64,000 nt of DNA from Polyangiales bacterium (GTDB lineage Bacteria > Myxococcota_A > Polyangia > Polyangiales > Polyangiaceae): positions 77,471-141,470 of the forward strand of contig JBBRNJ010000010.1 in NCBI GenBank assembly GCA_038230375.1, written 5' to 3'. Both the position numbers and the translations under genes were made by a program. Within the stretch, counting starts at the first letter, position 1. The number at the start of each line of letters is the position of its first letter. This document shows positions 37,903-47,868 of the stretch, one piece after another. The notes under the pieces are model-generated. The model was not told the origin of the DNA. It did not search any database and saw nothing but the letters and a program-made list of their open reading frames with translations.

Positions 37903-39377
37903 CGTTTGCGTTCGACAACACCTACGCCCGTCTGCCGGCGCAGTTCCACGCCGCGACCACACCCACGCACGTTCGAACGCCCCGCGTGGTGAAGATCAAT
38001 CGCGCGCTCGCCGAGGTGCTCGGGCTCGATGCCGACGTGCTCGCGTCCGCGGAGGGCGCGGCGTTGCTCTCCGGCAACGCGGTGCCAGAGGGCGCGGAGC
38101 CCATCGCGCTTGCGTATGCAGGTCACCAGTTCGGCAACTTTGTTCCGCAGCTGGGCGACGGGCGCGCGATCCTGCTGGGTGAGATCGTGGGCAAGGACGG
38201 CAAGCGGCGCGATCTGCAGCTGAAGGGCGCCGGGCGAACGCGCTTCTCACGCGGTGGAGACGGCCGCGCCGCGCTGGGGCCCGTGCTGCGCGAGTATCTC
38301 GTGAGCGAGGCCATGTTCGCGCTCGGTGTCCCCACCACACGTGCGCTCGCCGCTGTGACCACGGGCGAGCATGTCGCGCGCGAGGAGATGCTGCCTGGCG
38401 CGGTGCTCACGCGCGTCGCCGCAAGTCACATCCGCGTGGGAACGTTCGAGTTCTTCGCGGCCCGCGACGACAACGAGGCGCTCTCCACGCTGGCCACCTA
38501 TGCCCTCACGCGCCACTATCCAGACGCGACCGGAAGCGGAAATGACCCACGCGCGCTGCTCGAGTGCGTGATCGATGCGCAGGCGAACCTGGTGGCGCGC
38601 TGGCTTGGCGTGGGCTTCGTGCACGGCGTGATGAACACGGACAACACGAGCATCTCCGGCGAGACAATCGACTACGGTCCGTGCGCGTTCCTGGACGTCT
38701 ACGATCCGAAGAAGCGATTCAGCTCGATCGACCACGGCGGCCGCTACGCATTCGCGAACCAACCACGCATCGCGCACTGGAACGTCACCAGGCTGGCAGA
38801 GGCCCTCCTCACACGTCTCTCCACGGACGAGGAAGAGGCAGTCCGCGTCGCCACTGGATGCCTGGAGAAGTTCCCCGCGATCTTCGATGCAGCCTACGCG
38901 CGCGTGCTCCGCGCAAAGCTCGGCCTCGTGAACGCCGAGGACGCTGGCGATGCGGCGCTGACCGCGGACCTGTTCGGTCGAATGGCCGGAAACGATGTAG
39001 ATTACACATTGTTCTTCCGGCGCCTGTGCGACGCCGCAGCATCCCCCGAGAAGGACGCGGAGGCCGCATCCTTGTTCACCGAGCCGGCCGCATTTCGGGA
39101 CTGGTCGGAGTCGTGGCGCGCGCGGCTCTGCCGCGAGCCGGACGTGTCCTCGGAGTCGCGTGCCGCCGCGATGCGCCTGGCGAACCCAGCCTTCATCCCG
39201 CGCAATCACCGGGTGGAGGAGCTCATCGTGGCCGCTGCAGAGCGACAGGACTACGCGCCGTTCGAGGCCCTGCTCTCGGTGGTCACGCGTCCCTACGACG
39301 AGCACCCGGACCTTGCGCATCTTGCGACACCGCCGAAGCCCGAAGAGCGCGTGAAGGCCACGTTCTGCGGAACCTGA
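37899..39377 (+). CDS. selO: Protein adenylyltransferase SelO (YdiU family)
   Basis: YAGHQFG, LGDGRA, QLKGAGRTRFSRGGDGRA, HGVMNTDN, IDYGP, C-terminal TFCGT; ATGA overlap. Confidence 0.95.
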   Translation: MTFAFDNTYARLPAQFHAATTPTHVRTPRVVKINRALAEVLGLDADVLASAEGAALLSGNAVPEGAEPIALAYAGHQFGNFVPQLGDGRAILLGEIVGKDGKRRDLQLKGAGRTRFSRGGDGRAALGPVLREYLVSEAMFALGVPTTRALAAVTTGEHVAREEMLPGAVLTRVAASHIRVGTFEFFAARDDNEALSTLATYALTRHYPDATGSGNDPRALLECVIDAQANLVARWLGVGFVHGVMNTDNTSISGETIDYGPCAFLDVYDPKKRFSSIDHGGRYAFANQPRIAHWNVTRLAEALLTRLSTDEEEAVRVATGCLEKFPAIFDAAYARVLRAKLGLVNAEDAGDAALTADLFGRMAGNDVDYTLFFRRLCDAAASPEKDAEAASLFTEPAAFRDWSESWRARLCREPDVSSESRAAAMRLANPAFIPRNHRVEELIVAAAERQDYAPFEALLSVVTRPYDEHPDLAHLATPPKPEERVKATFCGT

Positions 39378-39432
39378 GTGGTGATGTCACCCGTTCGGGG
39401 CGTTGCATGACGTCTGCCCCGTGGGATGCTTG

Positions 39433-40584
39433 ATGATGCGGGAAAGGTCGCGTCGCCCGCGCTGGGCTGTTGCTCTCGCATTCGCCACGCTGATGGGGTG
39501 CGGCGCGCGCACGGAGCTCTTGGGCGTATCGGATGCCGTACAGGATGATTCGGGCGCGCCCGCCGACGCCGCGCAGCTCGACGGCACGGTGCCATTCGAC
39601 GCAAGCAATCCACAAGATGCGGGCTCCGACGACGCAACGCCCGACGCGTCGATGGTGGATGGTGGCGCGGACTCCGCGCCAATCGAGTGCGTCGTGCAGA
39701 GCACAACTTCCCTTGCGGAGGTTGGCGTCGCGGAGCTGGACCAGATCTCGCTCGACGACTCGTATGTCTACTTTCACGGCGACAAGGGGATCTCGCGCGT
39801 CGCCAAGTCGGGTGGCGCGGTGACATCACTCGCGACTGGAAAGGCTCCATCGTGGCCGGATCTGTACGCATTCGCGCTGGACGACACAGGTGTCACCTGG
39901 TGGCAGATCAAGAACGGTGCGATGCAGACGGATGTGAAGCGCGTGCCCAAGCAAGGAGGCGCCCCCACCATCGTGGCCACGCTCTCCGACTATGTCGGCT
40001 ACGGCGTGGCAGGACCGGGAGGGAGCACCTTCGCGTGGAACGGGGTCGTGCTCGATTCGGTGACCGCGAACGGTGTCATCAAGCAGGTCGGCGGTACGCC
40101 GTTCAATACGTCGGCCGTGGCCTATTCCGGCGGCGAGCTCTACGTCCTTGCACAGTCCGGCGTGTACAGATGGGACGGGATGGTCTTCCAGTCGCTCGCC
40201 GCGACGGTCAATATCTATCCGGTCCTGATGGCGTTCGACGACGACACCGTCTTCGTGGTCTCGAACGACTTGAACAGCGGATTCCTCGTCAGCTCGGTTC
40301 CGAAGCTCGGCGGTGTGCTCACCACGCTCCTGGCAGTGCCCACGTCGTATGTCGGCGGCATCACGGTGGACGCGGACCATGTCTGGGTTGCCAATCGCGT
40401 GCCTGGTGGAGGTGCGCCGTCCGCACTGCTCCGCATGAACAAGGACGGGACGAATGTCACCTCGGTGGCGACCAGCGCAACGTCGCAGATCGTCGCCGTG
40501 GCCGTGGACGACAACTGCGTCTACTGGACGGAGACCACGAACAGCGGCAAGGTGCCGAGCCGCGTCGTCGTCAGTCCCAAGTAG
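39433..40584 (+). CDS. Beta-propeller lipoprotein, hypothetical
   Basis: LMGCGARTEL lipobox, DAG-rich linker, repeated (I/V)xxDxxxVYW...RVxKxGG blades. Confidence 0.8.
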   Translation: MMRERSRRPRWAVALAFATLMGCGARTELLGVSDAVQDDSGAPADAAQLDGTVPFDASNPQDAGSDDATPDASMVDGGADSAPIECVVQSTTSLAEVGVAELDQISLDDSYVYFHGDKGISRVAKSGGAVTSLATGKAPSWPDLYAFALDDTGVTWWQIKNGAMQTDVKRVPKQGGAPTIVATLSDYVGYGVAGPGGSTFAWNGVVLDSVTANGVIKQVGGTPFNTSAVAYSGGELYVLAQSGVYRWDGMVFQSLAATVNIYPVLMAFDDDTVFVVSNDLNSGFLVSSVPKLGGVLTTLLAVPTSYVGGITVDADHVWVANRVPGGGAPSALLRMNKDGTNVTSVATSATSQIVAVAVDDNCVYWTETTNSGKVPSRVVVSPK

Positions 40585-40594
40585 GCAGCCGTGG

Positions 40595-41950
40595 TCAGTC
40601 CTCGCCGGTCATGTACTCGGGATGCTCCTCCATGAACTTCATCAGGATGGGCATCATCACGGGGGCAGCGAGCTCGCTCGGCGACGTCTCGGGTGACACC
40701 TCCTTGCAGACGTCGATGACGATGCCCAGCGCGCGCATGAACATCACGTTGTCCTGCGGCGTCTTGAAGGTCTCGAGATCGAGGATGGTCTTGAGCTCGC
40801 CCACGATCGATTTCACGGAGTCTCCGTCCTTTGGCGCGTGATCGAAGATCAGGGCGCGCGTCGCCGGGTCCGCGAACATCTGCTTGGCCCATTTTTCGAG
40901 CTTCGCGCGGTCGCTCTCGCCCACGGCGCCCTTCTGGATCAGGCCGTCCACGTAGAGCCTGGGGCGGTTGAAGTAGCCACCGAACATCTCCTTCTGCAGC
41001 CCCTCGCGCACGTGATCGGGTAGCCGCTTCACCATGCCGAAATCAAGCAGCACAAGCTTGCCGTCGGGTGTGCAGAACACGTTGCCGGGATGGGGGTCCG
41101 CGTGGAACATCCCCGTCACGAATGCCTGGTAGAGGAACGAGCCCAGGTAGACGCGCATCAGCGCGAGCCTGTCGACGTTCCACTCGCGCAGCTTGTCCAT
41201 GCAGTCCACGTTCGTGCCTTCGATGAAGCCGAGCGTGAGCACGCGGCGACGTGTGGTCTCCCAGTAGACCTTCGGGACCATCACGCCCTGCGATTCGAGG
41301 GAGCGACCGATCTCCTCCGTGGCCTTGCCTTCGAGCACCAGATCCAGTTCGCGCCGCAGCGGCTCCTCCGACTCGCGCAGGAGTATCGTCAGATCCACCT
41401 TCCGGAGCACGAGGCCGAGCGCGCGTAGCAGCAAGCCCATGAGCGCCAGGTCGATGGAGACGCTGCGTGCAAGGCCGGGGTGCTGCACCTTCACGACGAC
41501 CTTCTCGCCTGTCTTCAGGCGAGCCATGTGCACCTGCGCCATGGACGCGGCGGCGATGGGCGTCTCGTCGATCTCGGCGAAGATCTCGAGGGGCGGCGCG
41601 CCCAGCTCCTCCTCCAGCACCGCCGCGATCTCCGCATAAGGAGTGGGCACAACCGCGTCGCGCAGCGTGCGCAGCTCCTCGCAGGTCTCCTTAGGCAGCA
41701 GGTGCGCCTGCATGGACGCGAGCTGCCCGATCTTCACGTTCGCGCCCTTGAGCCTGCTCGCCGTGCGCGTGAAGCGCTGCGCATTCAGGCGATGCACCTT
41801 CGATGCGTGCTCCGCCGTGAGCCGCACGCGCAGCACCTTCGTGCGCAACAGCAACCACAGATAAGAGAGCACCACCCGCATCTGGAGCCAGACGAGCGCA
41901 AGGACGTGTCCCGCAGCGGAGCCCTTTGCGCTCAGTGGAACCCGGAGCAA
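40595..41950 (-). CDS. ABC1/UbiB/AarF atypical kinase
   Basis: VKIGQ, PIAAASMAQVH, VVKVQHP, FHADPHPGN, LLDFGM; start codon uncertain. Confidence 0.92.
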   Translation of the reverse strand: MLRVPLSAKGSAAGHVLALVWLQMRVVLSYLWLLLRTKVLRVRLTAEHASKVHRLNAQRFTRTASRLKGANVKIGQLASMQAHLLPKETCEELRTLRDAVVPTPYAEIAAVLEEELGAPPLEIFAEIDETPIAAASMAQVHMARLKTGEKVVVKVQHPGLARSVSIDLALMGLLLRALGLVLRKVDLTILLRESEEPLRRELDLVLEGKATEEIGRSLESQGVMVPKVYWETTRRRVLTLGFIEGTNVDCMDKLREWNVDRLALMRVYLGSFLYQAFVTGMFHADPHPGNVFCTPDGKLVLLDFGMVKRLPDHVREGLQKEMFGGYFNRPRLYVDGLIQKGAVGESDRAKLEKWAKQMFADPATRALIFDHAPKDGDSVKSIVGELKTILDLETFKTPQDNVMFMRALGIVIDVCKEVSPETSPSELAAPVMMPILMKFMEEHPEYMTGED

Positions 41951-42109
41951 GGCAGGGCCCGCAGCGGGGCCGTTTCATCGGCCGTGGCGGACGACTTGCC
42001 CGAACCCGCGCCCACCGGCATGAGTCTGTGCGCGACGAGCGCGACCGCAGTGGTCAGCTTACGCATCCGTCGAGCATAGCGCGCGTCATGCCGGTGTGTG
42101 CAGACTCAC

Positions 42110-42445
42110 TCACATGCCCGGAACGGGCATCACTTCGATGATCTCGATGAACCCATCCCCCATCATGAAGTGCGGATGCCCCTTCATGGTGGCGGCGAGC
42201 TCCTCCTTGGACTCCGCCTGCAGCAGCGAGTAGCCGCCCAGATCATTGGTGATGGGCGCAGTGGCGCCCTCGGTGACGCGGAGGCTCTTGCCAAGGGGCG
42301 CGCCCATGTCGACGATCGCCGACGCGGACTTCTTGCTCCACGTCATCCACGCCTCCATGCCGGCCTTCTGCTGCTCCGGCGTCGCTGTCTTCATCTTTTC
42401 GAATGCGGAAGCGGGTGCCTTGTAGAGAACGAGAAATTTCTTCAT
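42110..42445 (-). CDS. YciI/DGPF-like protein
   Basis: MKKFLVLY...MEAWMTW...DMGAPL...GGYSLLQAES...HPH; AAGGAG SD. Confidence 0.75.
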   Translation of the reverse strand: MKKFLVLYKAPASAFEKMKTATPEQQKAGMEAWMTWSKKSASAIVDMGAPLGKSLRVTEGATAPITNDLGGYSLLQAESKEELAATMKGHPHFMMGDGFIEIIEVMPVPGM

Positions 42446-42511
42446 GGTGATCTCCTTGCCAGCGGGCGTACGCCCATTCGGGTCACGCCGCAACGGTGCG
42501 CGGACCCGGAG

Positions 42512-44719
42512 CTATGGCCGCGTGAGCGCGCGGCCCTTGGCGAGCTCCTGCGGCGATTTCGAGCAGGTCGTGCTCGGCTCCGCATGCAGCACCGCCAGGC
42601 GGCGGAGCTCCTCCGCGTCCTTCGCCGCGCGCGCGACCTCGGAAGCGAGCACGAACAGGTCCATGCCGCCTGGCTTCCTGCACACGGACGCCAGCGCCGC
42701 CGCCAGATGCTTCTCCGCCTCCGCGGTGTGTCCGTATGCCAGCAGCAAACCAGCAGCGCTCTTCCGTGCGTCCACCGTCAGCCAGACCGCATCGGGGGCG
42801 GCCTCCACAATGTCGTCGTGCGCGCTCACCGCATCCGCGACAGGCGCCGGGAGCTCCTCCTGCGGACGCACGCGAACCGGCGAGTGCAGGGTCCGATCGC
42901 GCGGGGCGAGACCTAGCGTCCCGTGGCTCGATGCGAAGCGTGCCTCCTCGTAGCGGAGGTGGAGATCCGCAAGGTCGACGAGAGCACGCGCGGCGTTCAC
43001 GCGCGGCGGCCCGGCATCGGCGTCATCACGAACGCGGCGGCCGGCGATCGTGGCCTCCGTCCAGCTGGCAGCGTTGATGGTGGCCCCGCTTCGTGTCAGC
43101 CACGAGAGCTCCGACATCCGGACCGCAGCGAGCTGCGCGCGGGCCTGCGGAGCCTGCGCGCCGGCTGTGGCGCGCGTCGTCCACACGTCCACGGCGCGCT
43201 TGAAATGGCCCAGCGCCGTCGCATCATCTACGGGCAGCGGGCCCTTCGCGCGCGCCGCTGCGTCAAGCGAGCCAACGAGCGACGCGAGGGCCTGCGCCAG
43301 CTCACGCGGGGCGTCGTTCGCGAGCAGTGTCGCAGCGGCGAGCGCGTCGGCGTCGTTCGCGTTCGCGCTGCGCCAGGGGGATCCAGTGGCGACAAATGCG
43401 ACAACGTCGTCCCACGCAGCCACCGCGCGGACCCATCGGGGCACAGCCGTGTCAGTGCGCATCGTGCGCGCCGCCATGCCGTTCACACGCGCAATCGCCT
43501 GGAGGACGCGCGGGGCGTCGCGATGGTTCGGGAAGCGCTGCCGGAGCTCGCCAAAGGTCAGAAGCGCGTTCTGGAACTGGTTCAACTCCACGTACAGGTG
43601 CGCGAGCGCCGCCAGCACGTCGGGAGCGAACGCACGCTCCTTTGGCGCCAGCGAAGGATCGAGCGCACGTTCGAGCGCGATCCGAAGCTTTGCCTCCACC
43701 ACGTCTGGGTGGACCTCCGTGTCGATCACGTCGGGCCGAGCGATGACAGGGGCATCGGCGGGAGGGCCCTCGTAGTCGACGTGGGCCAGCGCGTCCGCGA
43801 GGAGCATGAGAGCCTCTTCGCGCTCGACCGGGGCGCATGCCATGGTCTCCTCGCAGAGGATGAGCGCCCGCGAGAGCTCCTCTGCTGCAGCGTGATATCG
43901 CTCGTGCGCGTGCAGTGCGCCGCCGAGCTCGAGCCGCGCGTGGCGCATCGCTGGGCCGCGCGGGACGCTCGCACCCGCGCGGACCGCGTGCTGATACGCC
44001 TCGATCGCGCGCGGAACGACGAATGGTCCTCCGCGTCCATCGCGCGTGCGGTGCGCACGAGCCACAGCGATCCATGCCGCGACGCGCGCCTCCGCATTCA
44101 CGGGGTCCCCGACGTTGTCCGGGCACGGGCCGTAGAGGGAAACGTAGTGTGTGTCGGCGTCGTCGGCCGTCTTCGTCTTCGACTTCGGCGCCATGTCGGT
44201 CGGCGTTGGATGGGCCGCCTCCCACCGATTCCAGTAGGGAAGATCGTGGTCCTGCGGAAGCGGGTCCACCCGTGCAGCGGCGCCGTCCGCTCCCGGCGCG
44301 TAGGCGAATCGAGATGGACACGCGACGTGGCGTCGCAGCGCGTCCGCCTCTTCAAGCGCCAGTGCGGCGTCGAGTCCCGAACTCAGCATCGTTGCGATCT
44401 CGCGGGAGCGCGGCCCCTCGGGCACACGAACGTACAGCCGTCGGAGCGCCTGCGCGGCAGCAGGATCCATGGCGCTCGCGTGGTGGACCGCTGCGATCTT
44501 CTCGAGCGCGATGAGCGCACGGTCGCCTGCAGCGGGGTCGGCGGCGATCGCCTCCAGCTCCGCGACCGATCCCGGCAGTGGATCGATCTCGAGCGGCGGC
44601 ACGGGCGCAGTGGGCGGCGGCCTGGATGGATGCAAAGGAGTGGGAGGGGCTGACGCGGGGCAACCGCACATCAGGAGCGCCAGCAGAAACAGGCTACGGC
44701 GCAACGGACACCTTGCCAT
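42512..44719 (-). CDS. TPR-containing lipoprotein, hypothetical
   Basis: LLMCGC signal; TPR-like helices (LAHLYVELNQFQNALLTFGELRQRFPNHRDAP). Confidence 0.7.
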   Translation of the reverse strand: MARCPLRRSLFLLALLMCGCPASAPPTPLHPSRPPPTAPVPPLEIDPLPGSVAELEAIAADPAAGDRALIALEKIAAVHHASAMDPAAAQALRRLYVRVPEGPRSREIATMLSSGLDAALALEEADALRRHVACPSRFAYAPGADGAAARVDPLPQDHDLPYWNRWEAAHPTPTDMAPKSKTKTADDADTHYVSLYGPCPDNVGDPVNAEARVAAWIAVARAHRTRDGRGGPFVVPRAIEAYQHAVRAGASVPRGPAMRHARLELGGALHAHERYHAAAEELSRALILCEETMACAPVEREEALMLLADALAHVDYEGPPADAPVIARPDVIDTEVHPDVVEAKLRIALERALDPSLAPKERAFAPDVLAALAHLYVELNQFQNALLTFGELRQRFPNHRDAPRVLQAIARVNGMAARTMRTDTAVPRWVRAVAAWDDVVAFVATGSPWRSANANDADALAAATLLANDAPRELAQALASLVGSLDAAARAKGPLPVDDATALGHFKRAVDVWTTRATAGAQAPQARAQLAAVRMSELSWLTRSGATINAASWTEATIAGRRVRDDADAGPPRVNAARALVDLADLHLRYEEARFASSHGTLGLAPRDRTLHSPVRVRPQEELPAPVADAVSAHDDIVEAAPDAVWLTVDARKSAAGLLLAYGHTAEAEKHLAAALASVCRKPGGMDLFVLASEVARAAKDAEELRRLAVLHAEPSTTCSKSPQELAKGRALTRP

Positions 44720-45563
44720 CGGCTGCGACGCTCAACCGTACATCCACATGGGCGAGCCGCCCGCGCGGCTCGGGCCACGTCGCTTGCATCGCGCAGCTCA
44801 CTATCGGCGCCGCGTCCTTTGCGTCGCTCGTCACCACCAGCCGGGCCACGTCGCCCGCGCTCGTGACGAGCAGGCGAACATCCAGGACGGCAGCGGCCGC
44901 AGCGGGAGCCGTGGTCGCCGGGCGATTCGTAGCCACGCACGACTCCAGCAGACGCGTGGTTGCACGCACCGCGCGAAACGCAGGCGGCGGCGGCTGTGCA
45001 CCAAGGCGCATGGGGATGGGACCCACCACGAGCATCGTCGCGTCGGCGTCGACCGTGAACGGAAGCTGCGGACGCTGGGCCGCGCGTGGCTCGCCGAGCA
45101 CGAGTGCGACGCGCAAGAGCGCCCCCACCGCCCCAGGCGGATCGAAAATCAGTGCCACGAGCTTCCTCTTGAAGCAAGCAAGGGCAACGTCGGCGACCGG
45201 GCCGTGCGCATCCAGCGTGACGGACATGACCTCTCCGTTGGGACCGATCTTGATGGCCGCGTCCACCTGAGCCACGGTCTTCGGATCCTCTGCGAGCGCG
45301 ATCTCGTGACAGCTCGTCAGCGCCCGTCGCGCCCCTTCGATCGTGCGCCGGTGCGTGGTCGCGTACCTGGACGGTCGATCAAGGATGGTGAGATCGCTGA
45401 GTACGATGACGTGACGTGCGGGCGCCGGCGGGTCCGCGGCGCCGTTTCGCGAGACGAGGAACGCACCAGACGCGATGAGCGCCGTGACGATCCGCCGCCT
45501 CAAAGGCCACCCCCGCGCTGTGACATCCCCGGGTGCATGGCCATCGAGCCTATCGCCCCTCAT
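44694..45563 (-). CDS. Secreted protein with AgmX/PglI C-terminal (TonB-C-like) domain(s)
   Basis: RRALTSCHEIALAEDPKTVAQVDAAIKIGPNGEV...VALACFKRKLVALIF, plus a second similar unit. Confidence 0.6.
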   Translation of the reverse strand: MRGDRLDGHAPGDVTARGWPLRRRIVTALIASGAFLVSRNGAADPPAPARHVIVLSDLTILDRPSRYATTHRRTIEGARRALTSCHEIALAEDPKTVAQVDAAIKIGPNGEVMSVTLDAHGPVADVALACFKRKLVALIFDPPGAVGALLRVALVLGEPRAAQRPQLPFTVDADATMLVVGPIPMRLGAQPPPPAFRAVRATTRLLESCVATNRPATTAPAAAAAVLDVRLLVTSAGDVARLVVTSDAKDAAPIVSCAMQATWPEPRGRLAHVDVRLSVAADGKVSVAP

Positions 45564-45593
45564 GTACGCGCGCCACGTCGACGCGCGCGGCGC

Positions 45594-46370
45594 TCAGAAG
45601 AATGGGCTCTTCTGTCGCGTGGCCGTCGCGCGCCAGCCTGCGCGTGCAAGCGACTCCGTGAAGCGCGCAAGGAAGGAGTCGCACGCGGCCTCGTCGGTGC
45701 GCACGCGGAACTTCGCGTCGCCGATCCACTGGACGACCACGTCGCCGTCCACGTAGAACAGCTCGTTGCCCGGGTTCAGCTCCACGCCCTCGTGATCGGG
45801 CGCCAGGTCGGAGAGCAGATGCGAGATCGCCTCGTAGGGGTCACCACCTTCGCCGGCAATCTCGACCTCGTGCTCCACGCGACCCAGGTGCGACTCGAAC
45901 CACGGCTTCTTCGACCGCTCCCAGTAGCTGCCATCCGAGAACCAGCCCAGCGCCTCCGCAAAGTCCTCCGAGATCTCGATCTCCTGGCGGTGCCGCGGAA
46001 ACACGAAGAGCATGTCAGGCATGCCAAGATGCACCGTGAGCATGTCGCCGTCGATCGAGACCGCCACGGGCACGAGCTGGTCCGTCTCACCCGGCTTCAC
46101 GTAGTCGCTGAAGCCAGGCCACGCATTCGTGTGCTCTGGCGCGAACACGCGATGCTTCTTCATGAGGTCGCGCTGCGCAAGGATCCCCGCTGGCCCCAGC
46201 ACGCGCAGCACACCCACGAACGACCCGGCGCCGAAGCGCTCGAGGAACGCGCGATGGCTCTTGGGCAGCGTTCCGCCCAGTGATAGAGCGAGCGCCGCCG
46301 TCTCCTCCGCCGTCGAGCGCGCGAGCTGCTTGGTGACCACCCAGATGTCGTCGAGCCCCAGCGCAGGCAT
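45594..46370 (-). CDS. SMI1/KNR4 (SUKH) family protein, putative immunity protein
   Basis: STAEETAALALSLGGTLPKSHRAFLERFGAGSF...VPVAVSIDGDML. Confidence 0.75.
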   Translation of the reverse strand: MPALGLDDIWVVTKQLARSTAEETAALALSLGGTLPKSHRAFLERFGAGSFVGVLRVLGPAGILAQRDLMKKHRVFAPEHTNAWPGFSDYVKPGETDQLVPVAVSIDGDMLTVHLGMPDMLFVFPRHRQEIEISEDFAEALGWFSDGSYWERSKKPWFESHLGRVEHEVEIAGEGGDPYEAISHLLSDLAPDHEGVELNPGNELFYVDGDVVVQWIGDAKFRVRTDEAACDSFLARFTESLARAGWRATATRQKSPFF

Positions 46371-47171
46371 CTACGGTGTCGTGACCATGTAGTAGTCGAT
46401 GAACGTGTCGACGGGCGCTGACGATGGCATGCCGATGCCCACCCGAACGCTCTGGAGCTGGATGACGTTGTTCGTCAGCGAGTCGGCCATGCCGCCGGCA
46501 TCTTGCAGAGTGAGCTGGTTACCGACGTACTGCACCGTCGCCACCTGGTCGATCGTCGTGTCCATGTCGACCTTGAGGGTGCCGTTGGGCGCGGTGAGCG
46601 TCAGCTGCGCGCTCGACGCTGCCAGCGTCAGCGGGCCGTTGATGGTGGTGAGCACTGCGATCTCGACGTCGCCTACCGTCGCGCCGATGTGAAACCTGAT
46701 CGTGAACGTGTAGTTCGGTAGCGCCGTAGCGAAGCTTTTGCTGGCGTTGAACGCCTCGTTGACGGTCGACGGGGCGTGGCCATGAGCCCTGCCTGTCTCG
46801 AGGGTGAGGCTGGCCGGACCTGCAGCGGGAGGGTTGAAATGGCCTTGGCCTGCGAAGGAGCCCTGGTACCAACCTGCGAGGAGCGACGATTCGTCGAAGT
46901 CCTGGCAGAGGAATGGAAGAGGCATCTGCATCGCGCAGAACTGGCTCCCGGCCGCGTCGTTGCTGCTGCCGCCGTCGCCGCCATCGACGATGACCGCACC
47001 ATCTGGCCCGCCGCCGTCGCCGCTGCCGTTCGTGTCGCCTCCCTCGGACGTTGCTCCATCCGCCGCTGCGTCAGCGCTGTTGGGTGGCGTGGCGTCGCTC
47101 CCTCCAAACGCGCTGCAGGCCGCTGCGCCAAGCGCTACTCCCACGCCAACGACGGCGGTGCGGCCCTTCAT
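46371..47171 (-). CDS. Putative lipoprotein, hypothetical
   Basis: GAAAC lipobox, DGG-rich linker, FC...LCQDFD followed by a beta-rich domain; its stop abuts the SMI1 start. Confidence 0.75.
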   Translation of the reverse strand: MKGRTAVVGVGVALGAAACSAFGGSDATPPNSADAAADGATSEGGDTNGSGDGGGPDGAVIVDGGDGGSSNDAAGSQFCAMQMPLPFLCQDFDESSLLAGWYQGSFAGQGHFNPPAAGPASLTLETGRAHGHAPSTVNEAFNASKSFATALPNYTFTIRFHIGATVGDVEIAVLTTINGPLTLAASSAQLTLTAPNGTLKVDMDTTIDQVATVQYVGNQLTLQDAGGMADSLTNNVIQLQSVRVGIGMPSSAPVDTFIDYYMVTTP

Positions 47172-47288
47172 GAACGGAGCATAGCAGCGCGATCGGCAGC
47201 GCGCCGCTCTGGCGCCGCAGGTGATGATGGCTCAAGGAGAGGCAGGCAAAGAAGTAGTTCGCCGGACGCTGTGCCATGATGCGCGCGC

Positions 47289-47858
47289 ATGGTGGTTCGC
47301 TTGCTTCCGCGGGTGATGGTGCTGTTCCTGTTCGGGGCGGTCGCGATCTCGTTCTTCGACGGGTTCCACACGCACTCCGGGACCACGCGCTACACGACCA
47401 TCGTCGCGCTGCAGGCTGCGTGGTGGGTGCCGCTCCTGTTCGGCGCGTCCGTCGGGCTCGGCGGCCCTGCATTCGCGATCGGATATCGCACGCTTGGTGG
47501 TGCGCGCGAGCCTCCGCCGTGGTCCGCGCTCGCGGCGGCGTTCGTCGCGTTCGGCGCGCTCTATTTCTTCAGCGGCTTCTTCCACGGCGCGAACGCGTGG
47601 AAGCTCTGCGTGCTCTCCTTGGGCGCTGCGACGTTGTGGGGCGTGCTCGATCGCACCTGGCAGGGCGCGGCCTGTGCGCTGGGGGCTGCGCTCGCGGGGC
47701 CCGGCGTGGAGGTGGTGCTCACCCACGTGGGCGCGTTCGAGCATCTCCAGGCGGATTTTCTCGGCATCCCGATGTGGCTGCCTGCGCTCTATGCGTGCGC
47801 TGCGCCGGTCCTCGGGCATGGCTCGCGCCGCTTCCTCTGGCCCCCTGCAACCACCTGA
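47289..47858 (+). CDS. Integral membrane protein (DUF2878/INSIG-like)
   Basis: Five to six TM helices; DGFHTHSG, WWVPLLFG, GPGVEVVL, DFLGIPMWLPALY. Confidence 0.7.
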   Translation: MVVRLLPRVMVLFLFGAVAISFFDGFHTHSGTTRYTTIVALQAAWWVPLLFGASVGLGGPAFAIGYRTLGGAREPPPWSALAAAFVAFGALYFFSGFFHGANAWKLCVLSLGAATLWGVLDRTWQGAACALGAALAGPGVEVVLTHVGAFEHLQADFLGIPMWLPALYACAAPVLGHGSRRFLWPPATT

Positions 47859-47868
47859 GCTCACGACC

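Noticed and set aside
39360..39400. Possible selenocysteine read-through at the selO TGA
   Set aside because: The C-terminus is the ordinary bacterial TFCGT with Cys, TGA follows the complete motif, and no convincing SECIS was seen.
41932..42066. 44-codon minus ORF (MRKLTTAVALVAH...) upstream of the ABC1 kinase, considered as a leader or frameshifted N-terminus
   Set aside because: No recognisable motif; it cannot be distinguished from chance without homologues.
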